A stretch of 62,931 nucleotides of DNA, the filler included, from Octopus bimaculoides (taxonomy: Eukaryota), in the NCBI RefSeq assembly GCF_001194135.2. It is 6 parts of 5 records of this genome, joined end to end, with 100 filler letters (N's around TTAATTAATTAA, not from the genome) between each part and the next. Parts side by side here need not be neighbours in the genome. Positions count along the whole stretch, not along the records: positions 60,420 to 62,931 come from NC_068986.1; 5 more parts are not named here. One strand, written 5' to 3'. Numbering within the stretch: the stretch's first letter is position 1; every line of letters starts with the position of its first letter. The position numbers and the translations under genes are program-made. Shown here piece by piece: positions 61,236 to 62,931 of this stretch. Under the pieces are notes generated by a model that saw only the letters and a program-made list of their open reading frames with translations, ran no database searches and was not told the origin of the DNA.

Positions 61236-62931
61236 ATTCTTTTATTAGCCACAGGGCTCACATACAAAAACATTAAATGACATACAACAACATAAAATAC
61301 AAAATCAGGACGACACAATGGGTTTTCTGCGTGTACACAATATAGTAACAATAAAAATTGAACACAATAAAACTCTCAATAGGGGATACGCTTTAAGGTC
61401 CTCGTGGAAAAACCCACTAAAGCCACGGGTGCTTGAACAACTGGGCAAGAGCCCTTCTTCTTTGATTCCCTTTTTACAGGTGCACGCTCAGAATTGGTCC
61501 TTTCACACTGGCCATTCTTCCAACATTCACCCACCTTTCATCAGACTTGCTACAAGGCAACACTTCCCTCTCCACCCACAACTTCCTTTTCAAGTTAAAC
61601 TTGAAGAAGTTGATGAGGGCTTGGCCAAAGAGGAAAGTGTCTGTCTTCAGCCCTTTCAAACGGGTCCACCATACTACCTCTTTCGCTACAACCACTAGAC
61701 GAATAAAAATTGCCTGCCCCTCCCGGCTAAAAGAGGGCGGCGAGACAATCCTCACAATGGATTCTGCTGATAGCCGGATCCGTCCTACACGCGACAGCAG
61801 GTATTCGACATAAACCCACAGGTCAGCAATACTCGGGCACTGGACTAGGGCGCGCAGAACGGTTTCATCGTTCTGGGTGCATCTCGAGCAGGCTCGGCTG
61901 GCGGCTCTTCCGTGTTTGTAAAGTTTATCTCAAACAGGCAGCGCTCTTCGGTAGCACTGCCAGCCAAGGGATTTCTGGAAGCTATTCCAGGCCCGAAAGT
62001 TCTCCGAAACAGGCCGGTTAGTTGATCTTTATCGACGCCCAGAGTTTCCCTGAGAACGTCGTCGCACTTTTCCCCCACTAGCCCTCTATAGAACACTAGA
62101 CTGGAACTACCACCGGCTGGTGACAGCAGATGGAGCGCCTGAGCAGTGGAACGTGCCCCTTCCACAGAAAGCGGAAGAGTAAGCGCACCAGCTTGGTCAA
62201 CCAGCCAACAGGACAAGGGACAACAGTCAAGCGGTAATAGATGACGGGTGCGATGTGCGTATTCGCCACCTACGCTCGACCTTTCAGGGATAGCTTCCTC
62301 TCGGCCCATTTCTGGGTGAGGTTCGCCACTCTGCTCATCACCTCGTCCCAGTTTTTCTCCACCTGGAGGTCCGGACCAAACCAAACTCCGAGTAACTAAA
62401 CGAGACTGTCAATCTAGCGCCCAATGATGCTGTTGGACAGCATGAACTTGCCCCTCTAAGTGCTGAGTTGCAGGCCCACTGACTTCTCCGCGTTAATTTT
62501 TACTCCTGTCACCGCTTCATATTCTTGCAATGTTTCGCCAATCAGGTCTATATGCCTGTGGATCGTCACTATGACAGTGACATCATCAGCGTAAGCAGAC
62601 ACACTTCTCCCACATCCTAGACCACCGTAGTAATGGCTCAATAGTCAGTACATACAGAAGGGAGGAGAGAGGGCACCCTTGACGGCCGGAACGCAAGATG
62701 CTGAATGGCTCCGACAAGTAACCCGAGCAACCGAACAGATGCTGCTGTACAAAGCAGCGATCCAACCGCGGAAAACTGGACCGAAACCGGCTGCCTTGAG
62801 GACAGCTGCCAAGTATTGATGGTCGACCCTATCAAAGGCTTTAGATTGATCTAAATTGATCAGAGCCCCACACATGCCAGCTTCGTATGATGTAGCGCAT
62901 AAGATGGAGGTTATCGTGAATAGTCCTAGTT
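61236..62931 (-). mobile_element. L1/Tx1-clade LINE, RT and 3' end, decayed; continues beyond the window
   Basis: LINLDQSKAFDRVDH, SVRQGCPLSP, SAYADDVTV, YEAVTGVKINAEKS; AATAAA near 61240 on the minus strand. Confidence 0.9.

Overview
This is AT-rich, gap-ridden, repeat-dense eukaryotic DNA. The SINE-like families, extreme microsatellite load and transposon spectrum point to a cephalopod, probably Octopus (inference). Nearly all long ORFs in the track are artefacts of microsatellites or N runs. Recognisable content: several tRNA-derived and RTE-tailed SINE families; a piggyBac-type MITE family; decayed mariner, rosa-like, hAT and Chapaev3-like transposases; a decayed Helitron interrupted by a full-length Ty3/gypsy element with both LTRs and a TSD; two further LTR 5' ends; R4/Dong-like and L1/Tx1-like LINEs; and several Penelope-like (PLE) fragments. 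The three most interesting signals are: (1) several type I hammerhead-ribozyme motifs, one inside a ~240-bp palindrome and one directly behind a PLE GIY-YIG remnant; (2) an LTR whose primer-binding position is exactly complementary to nt 1-12 (the 5' end) of tRNA-Phe; (3) chains of small, phase-compatible + strand exons predicting uncharacterised Cys-rich protein(s). No CRISPR, rRNA or true tRNA genes were found. Boundaries of decayed elements were read by eye and are approximate.
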